A stretch of 64,000 nucleotides of DNA. Origin: Octopus vulgaris. Lineage: Eukaryota. The stretch covers positions 38,378,001 through 38,442,000 of the forward strand of contig OX597840.1 in the NCBI GenBank assembly GCA_951406725.2. The letters are read 5' to 3'. The position numbers were made by a program, and so were the translations under genes. The notes below the pieces were generated by a model. It was not told where the DNA came from. It ran no database searches and was given only the letters and a program-made list of their open reading frames with translations. This document shows, one piece after another, positions 44,120-56,924 of the stretch. How positions within the stretch are numbered: the stretch's first letter is position 1; every line of letters begins with the position of its first letter.

Positions 44120-44660
44120 TTTAAAACAACCATTTGAAGAAACATTTCCCTTTGTTTTGTCTAAGTTATCTTTCAAAGAACTTGCACATGCAAGTGCTAC
44201 CAATCAAAAACTCCGCAAGTGTATGGGGTCATCAGGAGAGAATGCTCGCCGTTTCGGGGCCTACCTCTCGACGGCATCAATGCGCACCGGCCCCCCTCAC
44301 TGATATGACGCCCCACTTGCTAGATCAGCTGGTTATCAAATAAAGCTCAATATTCTTCTAGCCATCACTCATCGTCTCTTTTTAACCAAATCCAGTGGCT
44401 AGCCTTCTCCACTGTAGTTTGGATATCGGTCATGGTGGTACTGACTTTACGATGATTTAGGCCTAACGGTAACAACAGTCGTCTCACACATTGTCCAACA
44501 ATACAATCCCTCTACATCCGACTTCGATTGGAAAATTCTCCGCTTTCCAGCATTCATCTTCACATTCCTTGAGGAGGTTTACATAACGGTCAATCTTTCG
44601 AGCTCGAGCGGCGTCCATATTATCTTCACGAGGAATCGACTAGAATTCAACAGCACTGCT
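44120..44660 (-). mobile_element. HERO-like (RLE-endonuclease non-LTR retrotransposon) 3' end with 3' UTR
   Basis: Minus frames IPREDNMDAARARKIDRYVNLLKECEDECWKAENFPIEVGCRG / LNHRKVSTTMTDIQTTVEKASHWIWLKRDDE*WLEEY* (last stop 44347-44349) match the PIEVGCRG...EKAS.W.WLKR C-terminus of HERO-clade ORFs. Confidence 0.8.
44215..44320 (-). ncRNA. Structured 3' UTR RNA containing all hammerhead core segments in permuted order
   Basis: GCCG-UC-GAGAG ... GGCCCC-GAAA-CGGC ... CUCUC-CUGAUGA-CCCC, enclosed by GCAAGUG/CACUUGC. Confidence 0.5.
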
Positions 44661-45141
44661 CCACGACCTTTTTCAACTTGCAGTGCACTTACGTTCTTTT
44701 CAAAATTAGGCGGCACAGCTGAACTACAACTATAACTAAAAGTATAGGGGAAAATATCTATTCAGGTTAGACTGAAACATGCCTAGCATCGTCTCGTTGC
44801 ACACGAGTGTGCCGCGGCATACTCCATGCACAGCGCTGCATCTCCAGTGAAATTGATAGAAAGAGCTGCTAAATTTCTTCATATCGTACATGACTAGTTT
44901 GAAAATGGAAGGAAAGAATTATTATCTATTCTTCGATAACCAAAATATTCACCCATACAACATCTTGAATACATATCTCCCCGATTGTTTGTGTCTTCTA
45001 TTATAGTTGTTCTTTTTTCTCTTACAAGAAATCACGTGGATTTGTCCCACAAGCCACTATTAAACCAATGTTTAGGATTAAGGAAAATGGTTTTAATACC
45101 ATCATTTTAAAAATGCAAATCCATATTTAATATACCAAATA

Positions 45142-45223
45142 TAAAATGTTCTATTTCATTTAAATATTTCTTCAGTTATAATAAAATAACTGAAGAAATA
45201 TTTAAATGAAATAGAACATTTTA
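45142..45223. repeat. Perfect 38-bp inverted repeat with a 6-nt loop
   Basis: Arms 45142-45179 and 45186-45223; loop AATAAA. Confidence 0.95.
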
Positions 45224-46217
45224 ACTGGGTTTATACAACAACATCAACAACAATTACACTTGAAACAATAAAAACAACATCCGAAGTTAATGAAGTGTGT
45301 CAACGCCTGGAATCCATGAAAAGCTAAATGGACGGAACTAATTGTGAATTAAGAAAGAATTAGTTTAACCACGGCAGAATAGATATTCTGTATGTGACAG
45401 AATAGATACTGCTACATTCGCTTAGCTTTTCAAAATCTATTGAGCATTTGTTAAGATTTTGAAAAAGAAATAAACATTGCTAACAGCATTTTGAAATGTC
45501 CATAATAACAATTGTTTTGTAGCTGGAACGTGTTTTAACAAATGCAAATGGAGTCTGAGATAAGATGATGGCGACTTGAAAAGAAATTGGGATATACTAT
45601 GAAGGTATTGAAATGTATTGGATGGAAAATATTTGCGTCGTCATCATGATATAAAGATATTGGTGTGTAAACGATGCAGAGAATTGTATTTAAATAAAGG
45701 GGAAATTGATACGATACACCACCTCGACAGGAATAACATGCTGCAAAGGAACAAAAGTAGAACTGTCTGGAACCTGCTACCTGTCAGAGGAAGTCTCTAC
45801 TAAAACAAGCTGACAAATAATGCACAGAGCGAAAAGTGGATTCTTCTAGAATGAAATCTTCTTTACATCTTATGTTCCCACTTGCGAATCGGATATTCAG
45901 AAAACAAAAAACAAAAAATATAGAAAAATAACAAAAACCTAATGTATTACACAACATCTCTTTTTTTCCCCCTTTCACTGTGTCTCCCACCGCTTTGTTT
46001 TCCTCCTTTTCTCTCTTTTTCTTTTATGCCTCTTTGAAATATTAGCATAACGGGAAGCACAGACAGCAGACATTAAAGCCATTAAGAATAAATAATGGTC
46101 GGAATGTTTCGACGGATTGGAATGAAATTTAAATAGAAATGTATGTATACATTTCCAGTCTGCGAGGTCTCATTACATGCCAGCGATGCATTATTAGCAC
46201 AATTGTTACCGCTACTA

Positions 46218-46279
<62 letters not shown>

Positions 46280-46297
46280 GATACTAATACTATCATT

Positions 46298-46332
<35 letters not shown>

Positions 46333-46566
46333 TAATATTATTATTATTATTATTATTGTTGCTGTTGTTGTTGTTGTCGTGGTTATTGCCATTATTATCA
46401 TCATCATCTTCACCTCTTCATCATCATCAACATCATCAACATCATCATCCATCATCGCTATTATTGCACTTATTATTACCATCGTCATCAATGTTATTAT
46501 TTCCATTATTTCATCATCATCATCATCATCATCATCATTATAATCATCATCATTATCACCACCACC

Positions 46567-46600
<34 letters not shown>

Positions 46601-47995
46601 TCATTATCATTGCAATTTTTGTTGTTTCATTTGTTGCTGTTGTTGTTTTGTTTCATGTCGCTTCTTTTGTTGTTGTTATTGTTGTTGTTGTTGTTGTTGT
46701 TGCTTCTCTGGCTGAATTTCTTTGTTGGCTTCTCTACCAGGCATGGTTAACAACAGAACTACTTTGAAACAAATTGGTACTTTGGAGCAGTTGAATGTGA
46801 TAAACATGAAATGGAAGTCTGTTGAAAATGGAAAAAGAAAATAGCCAAAAAAAAAAATTGAAAAAATAACATTACAACAAACCAAAAATAAAGCATTAAA
46901 AAAAATCTGAAAAGAAGGATGCAAAATAAAATAATAAAATAATAATAATATAATTATAAAGCGCAGATAGTAAAATAAAATAAATTCTACAAGGCATAAT
47001 CAAAGAGAAAGCATTTTAAACAATTATGGCTAACGATTTTGTTTATTGACAAAAGGGACAGAAAAGCAAACAAATAAATAAATATAGGAAGAACAAAACG
47101 ACGAAAAAAATAAAATACAAACGTAAAACAAAATAACGGAAATGTCACGATGAAAGAACAAAGCATGTTAAAGGAGTAATTAATTAAAAAAGAGACATTC
47201 AAAGATGGCGGATGTACAATGTAAAAATTTTGATAAGACAAATCACATCGCTTGAATGATATGTTAGCGAACATGGTAAATAAAGAAGGGGAAATGACAG
47301 AATAGTGTGGCATTTAATGTAAATAGAAAGAGGAAAAAAATAATAAAAATGTTGTAATTTATAACAAGTTATTTCATTTTTGTCTGTTTCTGTTTTGTGT
47401 TTTTGTTTTTGTTATTTTTTTAAAGTTCATTATTGTTTTTTGTTAACATTTATTTCATAAAATCATGACTGAAATAATCTGAATTTTCATGAGAATTGTC
47501 TGGTTAAAGTCATTATATAAAATATTTATGCTGAGAAATTCTCCATATGCACTGGGGAGCGAGGAATTCTTCATTGTTTGTTCCAAATCTCCATGAAATG
47601 ATTTCATGAAGAGAATTAAATGTGTGCATGTAACGATACATTCAAATGCCAGTTTTCATTCGACAATTATTGATTTCATTTTTATCAAGGTACAAAGGAA
47701 TCTAAAAGTTTTATCTGCGCAGGTTAGAAGGAAGCCCTAACCACCTGCCCGCTTCGGAGAAAAGATATCCGAAACGTACAGAAATCTCGCTGGGTTAAAA
47801 GAATTAAGAAATATTTATGCATGGTTTCCTATGCTGAGCAGATTGTATCTAGGAAACGAAGCAAATTAATAAAAATTGGAATAATAAATATTGGAAAATT
47901 GTAATTATTTACGGAAAATATTTTACAAATTAATAAAGAAAAACAGGCATAAATAAGTAGTTAAGAATACCGCTTTGCAACCACGTGGTTTTAGC

Positions 47996-48334
47996 CACCT
48001 TATGAGAGCTCAAAATCTCTCGTGGAAGCGTCATCCAACCAAAGTACAAATATATGGGAAATTACCACCTGTATCATCTCTTGTGAAAGGTAGGAGAGTC
48101 CAGTTTGCTGGACATTGTTGTAGAGCTGAAAACGAGGTAATTTATACTCTTCTGTTCTGGAAGCCATCTTCTCGCGATACAAGAGGGCGCACACTCTCCT
48201 ACCCTGATGTAATCTCCAGGGATACAGGCATCCAGCCAGAGGACCTTCGTAATGCTATGATGGACCATGAAGTCTGGCGTAACATAGTAAATTCCATAGC
48301 CTCGACCACGATCGAACAATGATGAATGATGAAA
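47996..48334 (+). mobile_element. RTE-like LINE 3' end (5'-truncated), inserted in a SINE
   Basis: RRVQFAGHCCRAENE...FWKPSSRDTRGRTLSYPDVISRDTG...AMMDHEVWRNIV followed by a (TGA)-repeat tail. TTAGC flanks it at 47991-47995 and 48335-48339. Confidence 0.85.
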
Positions 48335-49701
48335 TTAGCGTTCCGTCCAAATGTTTGACAGTTTGGGCTACTGTATCAGTGGTTGAGCAATGCTTGTGGG
48401 TGAATTTGGTTAGCGGAAAATGTGTAAGACGTTCGTATATATATAAGTGCATGAGATTCTATTTTTGTTTCCCCTCAAAGTTTGATCACGAGTGTTGCTT
48501 TGCCTTTGCCCTCTAACTTTAGAAGTGCGAAAAAGGAGAAGGATAGAAGACTACCTGATTTTAAAATGATAAAAAAACGAATAAGCACTGAGGTCAATAT
48601 GCTCGATTAAAACCCATCACGTTCTTGCTCTGTTATGACCGCAGAGCAAGGAATCAAAGTAATATCAATGAAGTCACAGATAAATTTTCAAGAAAAATGG
48701 CTCAGAATATGTACAAGGACTTTCAACACAAATCACTGCATACGCTAAAACGTGTTTGTTTATGTAATATGTTGTAGCATAGATAAACGTATTACGTCTA
48801 GTCATATATTGACAGAATATTAAGGAAGACGACCTTCTATTCAACTGCGTCTAGAACTGACGATACAAAAACTAAAGGTAACAATAGAATTAAAAATTAC
48901 TTATATATATATATATATATATATATGGGAATTTGACGAAAGGACGTTCAGATTTCAAGTTGATTGATTGATTGGTCGAAATGATAATCAAACATTCTCT
49001 TAGAGGATTAGCTATATGCTTGAGCAATTATAAAATTAACGTTCAAAATAACCAGTGCACGTGTTTATTATTGGCATTCTGACCCTCCCAATCTACAAGA
49101 GGATATCTTTCCACACACAAATTCACATGAGGTGACTTGTAAACCAAATTTGTAAACAAAAACATTATGTAACTTCCTAAAGAAGGACGTATTTCTGTGC
49201 GAGCGTGTGTCAGTCAGCTTCTAATAATTTGTGCGTATGTAGCCAATGAAGTTATTTCTACAGCAGAAATAAATTCCTGTGAAAATATGTTATGTGTGTC
49301 TCTGTCTGTGTGGTGTGCGTGTAAAATTCAACATAACATTCTCATATGGGGTTATTAAGTATTAGAATTACAAAATTGAAATTTATGGTATATAATTGAA
49401 AATTATAAATATTTTATGAATCTGTTTCCTAAAGAAAACCACTGGATTGCTTAATGCCGGTAGAAGATTTTTGAATAAGTAATATGAATTTGAATAAAAA
49501 GATAACTTTCGAATAATTAGTTTAAATAAGAAAAAAGTTAATAACTTGTAGTAAATTTCAAACACGCTAATAGTGGTGAAATATAAAAGCTAATAAATAT
49601 ATATATGGAAACTACGGCTAACGTACAAAATTTATACTACAAAATATGAGATGCCTAGAAACGGTACAAAGAGGTGTACACGGAAAGATGGAATCTTCGA
49701 G

Positions 49702-49744
<43 letters not shown>

Positions 49745-49763
49745 CGTAGAATACAAAAGAACT

Positions 49764-50071
49764 TGGCTTACTGGTTGGGGTATTTGGCTGACGATCGTAA
49801 CAGCCTCAATTCAATTCACAACGGCGCGTTGTGTCCATTAGCAAGACAATTTAGTTCGTGTTGCTCCTCTCCGTTCTGATGGTAAAAATCAATTGTGCCT
49901 GTATTCCAAAGAACCAGCCTTGTAACACGCTGTGTCACGCTGTATCTCATTCGGAACTACGTTGAGGATACACGTGTCTGTGGAATGCTCAGCCACTTGC
50001 AGGTTAATTTCAGGAACAGCCTCTCCTGATGATAGGATCAGCTGGAACATTCGTCTTCGGAATCGACGGAG

Positions 50072-50075
<4 letters not shown>
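49764..50075 (+). mobile_element. SINE family B, diverged full-length copy
   Basis: Body TGTGTCACGCTG...GAACTACGTT...CACGTGTCTGTGGAATGCTCAGCCACTTGCA...CGACGGAGTGC, as at 23350-23617. Confidence 0.8.
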
Positions 50076-50127
<52 letters not shown>

Positions 50128-50225
50128 GGAGAGTTTACGAAAAAAAACAAAAGACGAAGACAGGTGGTGTACAAAATAAGCAGATGTATTAGTATAACGC
50201 ACAGGAATAGAAAAAGTTTTTTTTT

Positions 50226-50458
50226 GTGGCTATGTGGTAAGTAGCTTGCTTACAAACATGGTTCCGGGTTCAGTCCCACTGCGTGGCACCTTGGGCAGCT
50301 GTCTTCTAATATTGTCTCGAGCCAAATAAAATCTTGTGAGTGGATTTGGTAGACGGAAACTGAAAGAAGCCCGTCGTATATATATATGTTTGTGTGTCTG
50401 TGTTTGTCCCTCCCTCCGCAACATCACCTGACAGCCGATGCTGGTGTGTTTACGTGTG
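50226..50458 (+). mobile_element. SINE family A, 3'-truncated
   Basis: GTGGCTATGTGGTAAGTAGCTTGC...GGTTCAGTCCCACTGCGTGGCACCTTGGGCA...GGTAGACGGAAACTGAAAGAAGCCCGTCG. Confidence 0.88.
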
Positions 50459-50616
50459 TTTATGTGGTCCACCGTTTTAATCTCAACATTGCAGTATCGA
50501 CCCTTTGAGTCTACTCCGTGTTTTCATCACATTTGCTTGATAGTTCCGGATCAGTAAGCTCAGATCTTGAGCAGCTAAAATAAAGCAAAAGATACCGATA
50601 AAATAAGTATATTATA

Positions 50617-51090
50617 ATGAACAGTTTCAAACAAAAATCATGCCTCCCCATAAATGTATCCGTCAAGACCTCCCAAAAACAGAGCAAGTATAAAGATCTT
50701 GAATTAGAAATTCGCAAAATGTGGAGCCTCAAGACTAAAACAGTACCTGTTGTCATAGGTGCCCTAAGAATGATAGCCAAAGGGTCTGATTCCAGCAAGG
50801 TAGGAATCAGCCCCAAAATGGCGGAAATTCAAAAAAAATTTTGAAAAAATTAGAGATACCCTACACTTTAGATGTATTGCAAAAGCCGGCATTGCTTGGA
50901 ACTGCATGCATATTGCTTAAAGTACTGTTTGATTGGGGTCCTTGTTGTGACTTGACAAACCGTAGAAACCCCCAGTAGATACAATATCTCCAATCAACAA
51001 CCTCACGATACTGCATACTGTTCAAACATCTATACTACTAATGCTAATACAACTACTACTAATAATTATAGTAATAATGACAATAATACG
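50617..51090 (+). mobile_element. R4/Dong-like RLE endonuclease C-terminal fragments and tail
   Basis: KQSKYKDLELEIRKMWSLKTKTVPVVIGAL...MAEIQK, then LKKLEIPYTLDVLQKPALLGTACILLKVL, a short 3' UTR and a decayed (TAA/CTA)n tail. Confidence 0.8.
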
Positions 51091-51456
51091 ATCGATGATT
51101 ATATACAAGCAATATGTAATTAAATATGTGTGTAAACATACAAACACATAGGAATGCATATGCAGAATTATATTTATGAATATTCGCGGAGCCGGTAATT
51201 GGAGCAGAATAACATTAAAAATAGCAACGAATCTGTGATTGCTACAAATATATTATGCCGTTCACATACATTTAACATTTAGATGTGTGATGACAATTTA
51301 TTACCGCTGAGATTAAACTAATCTTATTCCTAATTGATTAAAGTCTCAGACCGGGAATTGCTTAATTCAAAGTAGCTGTGTGATTGCCGAAAGACTAGAT
51401 AGATTCTGAGAAGCTAAGCTATTTATTTATTTCGCTATTCATCTATTTATGGATGC

Positions 51457-51717
<261 letters not shown>

Positions 51718-51731
51718 TATATGTATATATG

Positions 51732-51763
<32 letters not shown>

Positions 51764-52310
51764 GGTAAATGTGTGTAGCATTTTGTGGGTTAGTGTTGGT
51801 GCCGGAGTGAGTGTCTGAGGTGCGAGTGGTTGTATGATTTCATTATTGTTTGAGCTAATCAGAGACATCTGTTCGATTCTTCACAACGGTGCAGTAATAA
51901 GATAAATCTACACAATGTTCCTGATTCAATTATGCTGTGGTCTAACGCTTACATACAAAACTGTTTCCAATTTTTCATTATGTACCACGTATATATATAT
52001 ATATATGTGTGTGTGGATGTGTCTTTGAGTATATTTGTGTGTGTGTGTATTAATATTCCACTCGTGTATGTCAATACTTATAACCTGGTCTTAGAACTCC
52101 ATATATATATGCATATATATATATGCTTCAGAACGAAGTGTCAGTCGAATAGAGAGAAGGAATAAGATATTGGAATGACGAAGGGAGAAACAATTAAGTT
52201 ATGATTTCAATTAGTTTCATGTGTTTCTGTTATAAGCCTCAGCAATTCTCTCTTATCTGAGGTGTTGAAAAGCATTCTTATGACTTACCTGAGATCCAAA
52301 CATGAATGCA

Positions 52311-52410
<100 letters not shown>

Positions 52411-52541
52411 ACATATATATTTAATTTAAAATTTAAAATAAGGGTGAGAAATTAGATATTAATTTAATTAACATCGATTTCAAACCAGTGGTCTAGTATA
52501 ATAAAACAGAAGTTTCAGTAAAACTGTATTATATATATATC

Positions 52542-52644
52542 TTAGAGGGAAACCACCATGTGAACACCCATATGCTTGATGGTGGTGAGACGGTAGCAGA
52601 CCTATTTCTAGCATATGGATGTCCACATGGTGGTTCCCCTCTAA
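52542..52644. repeat. 35-bp inverted repeat in a (TA)n-flanked element
   Basis: TTAGAGGGAAACCACCATGTGAACACCCATATGCT (52542-52576) pairs with 52610-52644, 32 of 35. Confidence 0.9.
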
Positions 52645-52888
52645 AAAATATATATATATATAGGAAGGAATTTCAAACGTGTTTCGTGTTCTGCTACCAC
52701 AACAGTTCCTTTATAGGATCCAGTTAGCTCAAGACATCATCAGGAGGAATCATGTCCGGTTTCGGCCCCTACTCCTCTACTGTTTTGACGTGGCGGGGCT
52801 CCCCTTTTGGAGATGTTTTCAGCTCCGGCATTGGGTGCAAGTCTTCTTTCTTCTTCTTTCTTCTGTTCCCTGGACTCTTCGATGTAGC

Positions 52889-52962
<74 letters not shown>

Positions 52963-53041
52963 GTTATCGCCTTACTAATATGGCATTCTTATAAGAGAGA
53001 CTTAGTAATTTTAATATTTCTATCATATATATATATATATA

Positions 53042-53250
53042 TGCTTTACGGAGATGTACTCGCATAGCAAGTAATTTGATCTGAGATCGTGTGCTGAAAC
53101 GAAAACAATAGCAGCGTGGAAGGTGTTTATAAGCCATTTAAGAAACAAATAAAAGCCGTTCGATTCACTCCAACATTTAAGTTTAATTTGTCAAAATATT
53201 TTCGTCGCTAAAATCCGCGACCTGTACACTGACAAAGTCCGTGCTGCATC
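53042..53250 (-). mobile_element. (TA)n-flanked dispersed repeat (inverted copy at 56925-57072)
   Basis: About 145 bp is a near-identical reverse complement of 56925-57072. Confidence 0.85.
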
Positions 53251-53499
53251 TATATATATGCTACTTTCTTTAAAATTGGGTACATTTTAATTTTCCTTTA
53301 TATAAATACATTAAAAGAAGAATGTTTTGGATTTGTCTTATATGTTTCAGCGTTTCGAAAACCTTATCAATATATATGTACTATAATGGAATATGTAGAG
53401 AAAAAAGAGCTATTAATAAAATTAAATTAAAATTAAGATTAATATTCATAGTTTAGTTTTCTTTTACCTGCAACAGTATGTGGTAATTTCCGTTAATTT

Positions 53500-54570
53500 T
53501 CGTGGCATGACAAGTGTATAATACTATTTCATCGATTCGTGTTGAATCCCTTTCCGTTCGGGTATCCCATGATACTTATAAAGCCTTCTTGATCCATGTC
53601 CTTGATAGATATATTCTTATCAGTTTGGGTAGTGCTATTAGCTGTCAGTTTACCACATCTGAACGAAGCTTTTGCACACTTGCCGAAGCCAAATTCCTCA
53701 TTGATATCATCACTGAATTCTTCACAGATACTGGCATCCCTTTAATATCCGTGTCATCTTTTGCAAATAATTTCAGATCATCCACGCAGGGAAAGTGTGA
53801 GGTGATCTTGTCAATGATTCTGTAACCGTAATGTATTATATTCCGCGCGTGGTACAAGAAAACAGGGCAAGGAAGAGGTGGAGAGGAGAGAGTGAATCGC
53901 CCTAGAATATTCTACGATCTATTACTCTGATGCATATGACACTTTCTTCTGGTTGAGGCAGAATTTTTTGTTCCACAGTCCCATACTGTACTGTAGAAAA
54001 CTTTTTTACGAAAGGAGAGATCTTGTATATATTTTTCCTTTTATCTACCAGAACAATATCTGGTCTCAACCCATCGATCAGTGAGTCACGTGGGATTGTA
54101 AAACCCCACAGTATCTTATATTCATTGTTCTCAGTGACTACTTCTGGTTTATGTTCTTACCATTTCCGTGCTCTGTCCAGGCGCTACTTTTCCCATAGTC
54201 TCCATTCAACAAACTTAGTCATGTTGTCATGCCTCCTGTTGCAATGCTTTTTGCTCACCTTTCTACGATCCATCAGAATATCTGAGATTGAGGCGTTTTT
54301 GCTACCACTAAGAGGCGGTTTGCTACTCTTATCTATAAGGATCTCAGGGTAATTAGTCCTCAGAACTTCTTCCTCAACGCTGCATTTCAATGCCCCAGGG
54401 CATCCATTCAGGTGACTTTTTCTATGCCATCTCCAACTGTTGGTCGTGTTTTTTCCTTCGATTCCTCGGAGGTGTTGAGCATGAGGGGATTTTCTTTTCC
54501 AATTGTTTATCCTTTCTTCATTGCATTTCCTTAAATGTTTGTGGGTGTATCACAGTTTCGGTAAGAATTG
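53500..54570 (-). mobile_element. R4/Dong-like retrotransposon fragments (endonuclease segment followed by RT segment)
   Basis: Minus strand RRHDNMTKFVEWRLWEK...KW*EHKPEVVTENNEYKILWGFTI...RPDIVLVDK, then IF*GDSLS...VDDLKLFAKDD...FSDDINEEFGFGKCAK. (TAA)n lies directly 5' at 54575-54652. Confidence 0.85.
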
Positions 54571-54574
54571 TATA

Positions 54575-54652
<78 letters not shown>

Positions 54653-54769
54653 TGTAGTAGTAGTAGCAGCTGCAGTGGATGTGTGTGTTTGGTGGTTATG
54701 GGTGTATCCTTAAATATTTCGATTAATAGATAGATAAAAATACAACAGATAGACGGAGAAGCAGAAAGT

Positions 54770-55065
<296 letters not shown>

Positions 55066-55463
55066 TGGACATCTAGACTTCCGGACTTAAAATATTCCGC
55101 TTGCCGAGAAAATTCAAATCCACGTTCAAACTTCATTATTATCTTTCTTTCGATTTGAAACCGTAAAGTAATTATCAATTCCAATTCTCACCTTAATCAT
55201 ATGTTTATACGCATCATTCCTGAAAGCAAATATCGCTCCAATCAATTGTCAGTGACATAAAATGAATTAATTTTCATCATCATCAATTTATATGCAACCA
55301 GAGTTGTTCATTATGTATTGCTGAAATTAGATGTGGCAGGAGTTTTCAATTCTGAGAATGTACGCCATTTGTTTATTTCTGTCTGATTGTGTTTCCTGAG
55401 ACGCCATTAAATGCTTTGTCAAAGCAAATTCATGATTGCGTCAGCAACGTTGATAAATGATAT

Positions 55464-56130
55464 GCCTTTCTTGTCGAAGACAGTCTTGAGCAATTTGTCA
55501 TCAATAATATATCTTCATTAATCTTTTTTACCTTTCCGGGTGGAGACAGTATCGTGTACCTCTCTGTCTTTATTAATATATTTTCATTTAATATTTTACC
55601 TTTCCGGTTGGAGACGATATTCGCCATCACTCTGTCATCAATAATATATTTTCATTCAGTCATTTGCCCTTCCGGGTGGAGACAGTATTGCGTATCCTTC
55701 TGTCATGAGTAATATATTTTCATTTAATCTTTTACATTTCCGTGTGGAGACAGTAATGGGTATATCTCAGTCATCGATGATATATTTTCATTAATCATTT
55801 ACTGTTCCGGGTGGAAAGAGTATTGGGTATAACTCTGTCATAAATAATATATTTTCATTTAATCATTTGCCTTTCCGGGTGGAGAGATTATTGGGTATCT
55901 CTCAGTCCTCAATAATATATTTCGATTTAAAATTTTACCTTTTTGAGTGGAGACAGATTTGGGTATCTCTATCATCAATAATATATTTTCATATAATCTT
56001 TTAACTTTCCGGGTGGAGAGAATATTGGATATATCTGTCGTTAATAATATATTTTCGTTTAATATTTTGCCATTCCGGGTGGAGAAGGTATTGTCTAAAT
56101 CTCTGTAATGTATTTTTCATTTAATCTTTT
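55464..56130 (+). repeat. About 68-bp minisatellite, about 10 diverged copies
   Basis: The TTCCGGGTGGAGACAGTATTGGGTAT...CTGTCATCAATAATATATTTTCATTTAATC unit, with TGGA anchors at 55541, 55609, 55677, 55745, 55812, 55880, 55948, 56014 and 56080. Confidence 0.95.
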
Positions 56131-56511
56131 TTCGAACACCATGAAACACGGAACACCGAGGAGCGGCACCAACGAACGAAGTAGAACACGATCAGATTTT
56201 GGTAGGATTTCCGCAATTTATTCTTCGGCGTATTTCATGAGTAAGAATGCGACAAAACTGTGCAAAAAGATACGAACCAATAGTACTCAGGCCGGATCAG
56301 GTAATTAATATCCAAGGAACGGTGCGTTGTGTACCTCAGAAAGACATTTCTTGTTGTTCCAGTCCAATCAGCTGAGAAAAAGGGGTTGTACCGGTTTTTC
56401 AAAGGACCAGGCTTGGTACATTTCGTGTCACACTGAAACTCTGTGCGAGGGTAACCCTGCCAGGAAAGCCCACTTTCTAAGCGTGAATAAACATAATACA
56501 GACTTCACCAT

Positions 56512-56725
56512 TTGAGCGTGGACGTTGCCAGTACCGCCTGACTGGCCCTCGTGCCGGTGGCACGTGAAAGCATCCATTACACTCTTGGAGTAGTTGGCGT
56601 TAGGAAGAGCATGCAGCTATAGAAACTCTACTAGATCTGATTGGAGCCTGGTGCAGCCATCTAGTTCGCCAGTCCTTAGTCAAATCATCCAACCCATGCC
56701 AGCATGGGAAGCGGACGTTAAACGA

Positions 56726-56728
<3 letters not shown>
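56512..56728 (+). mobile_element. SINE 3' portion
   Basis: GC-rich segment ending CCAACCCATGCCAGCATGGGAAGCGGACGTTAAACGATGAT before (TA)n; recognised as a SINE-type tail, with no head present. Confidence 0.55.
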
Positions 56729-56770
<42 letters not shown>

Positions 56771-56924
56771 CTATTATATACATTATATTATTCTTGTAAT
56801 TTACTTAATCTTTACTTTTTATAGTTATTTTCATTTTAACTTTTCTATTATATCTAGTTTTCTAGATGGTGTAATTTAATTATTGATCTTGAATTGATAA
56901 AAGGTGTTTTTTTCTAATATTATT

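Noticed and set aside
45190-45223. CTGAAGA...GAAA inside the 38-bp inverted repeat as a hammerhead
   Set aside because: No convincing stem II register, stem III, UH site or closing stem I.
55464-56130. CRISPR-like periodicity (about 68 bp)
   Set aside because: The whole unit is repeated with diffuse divergence, there are no unique spacers or cas genes, and the context is eukaryotic.
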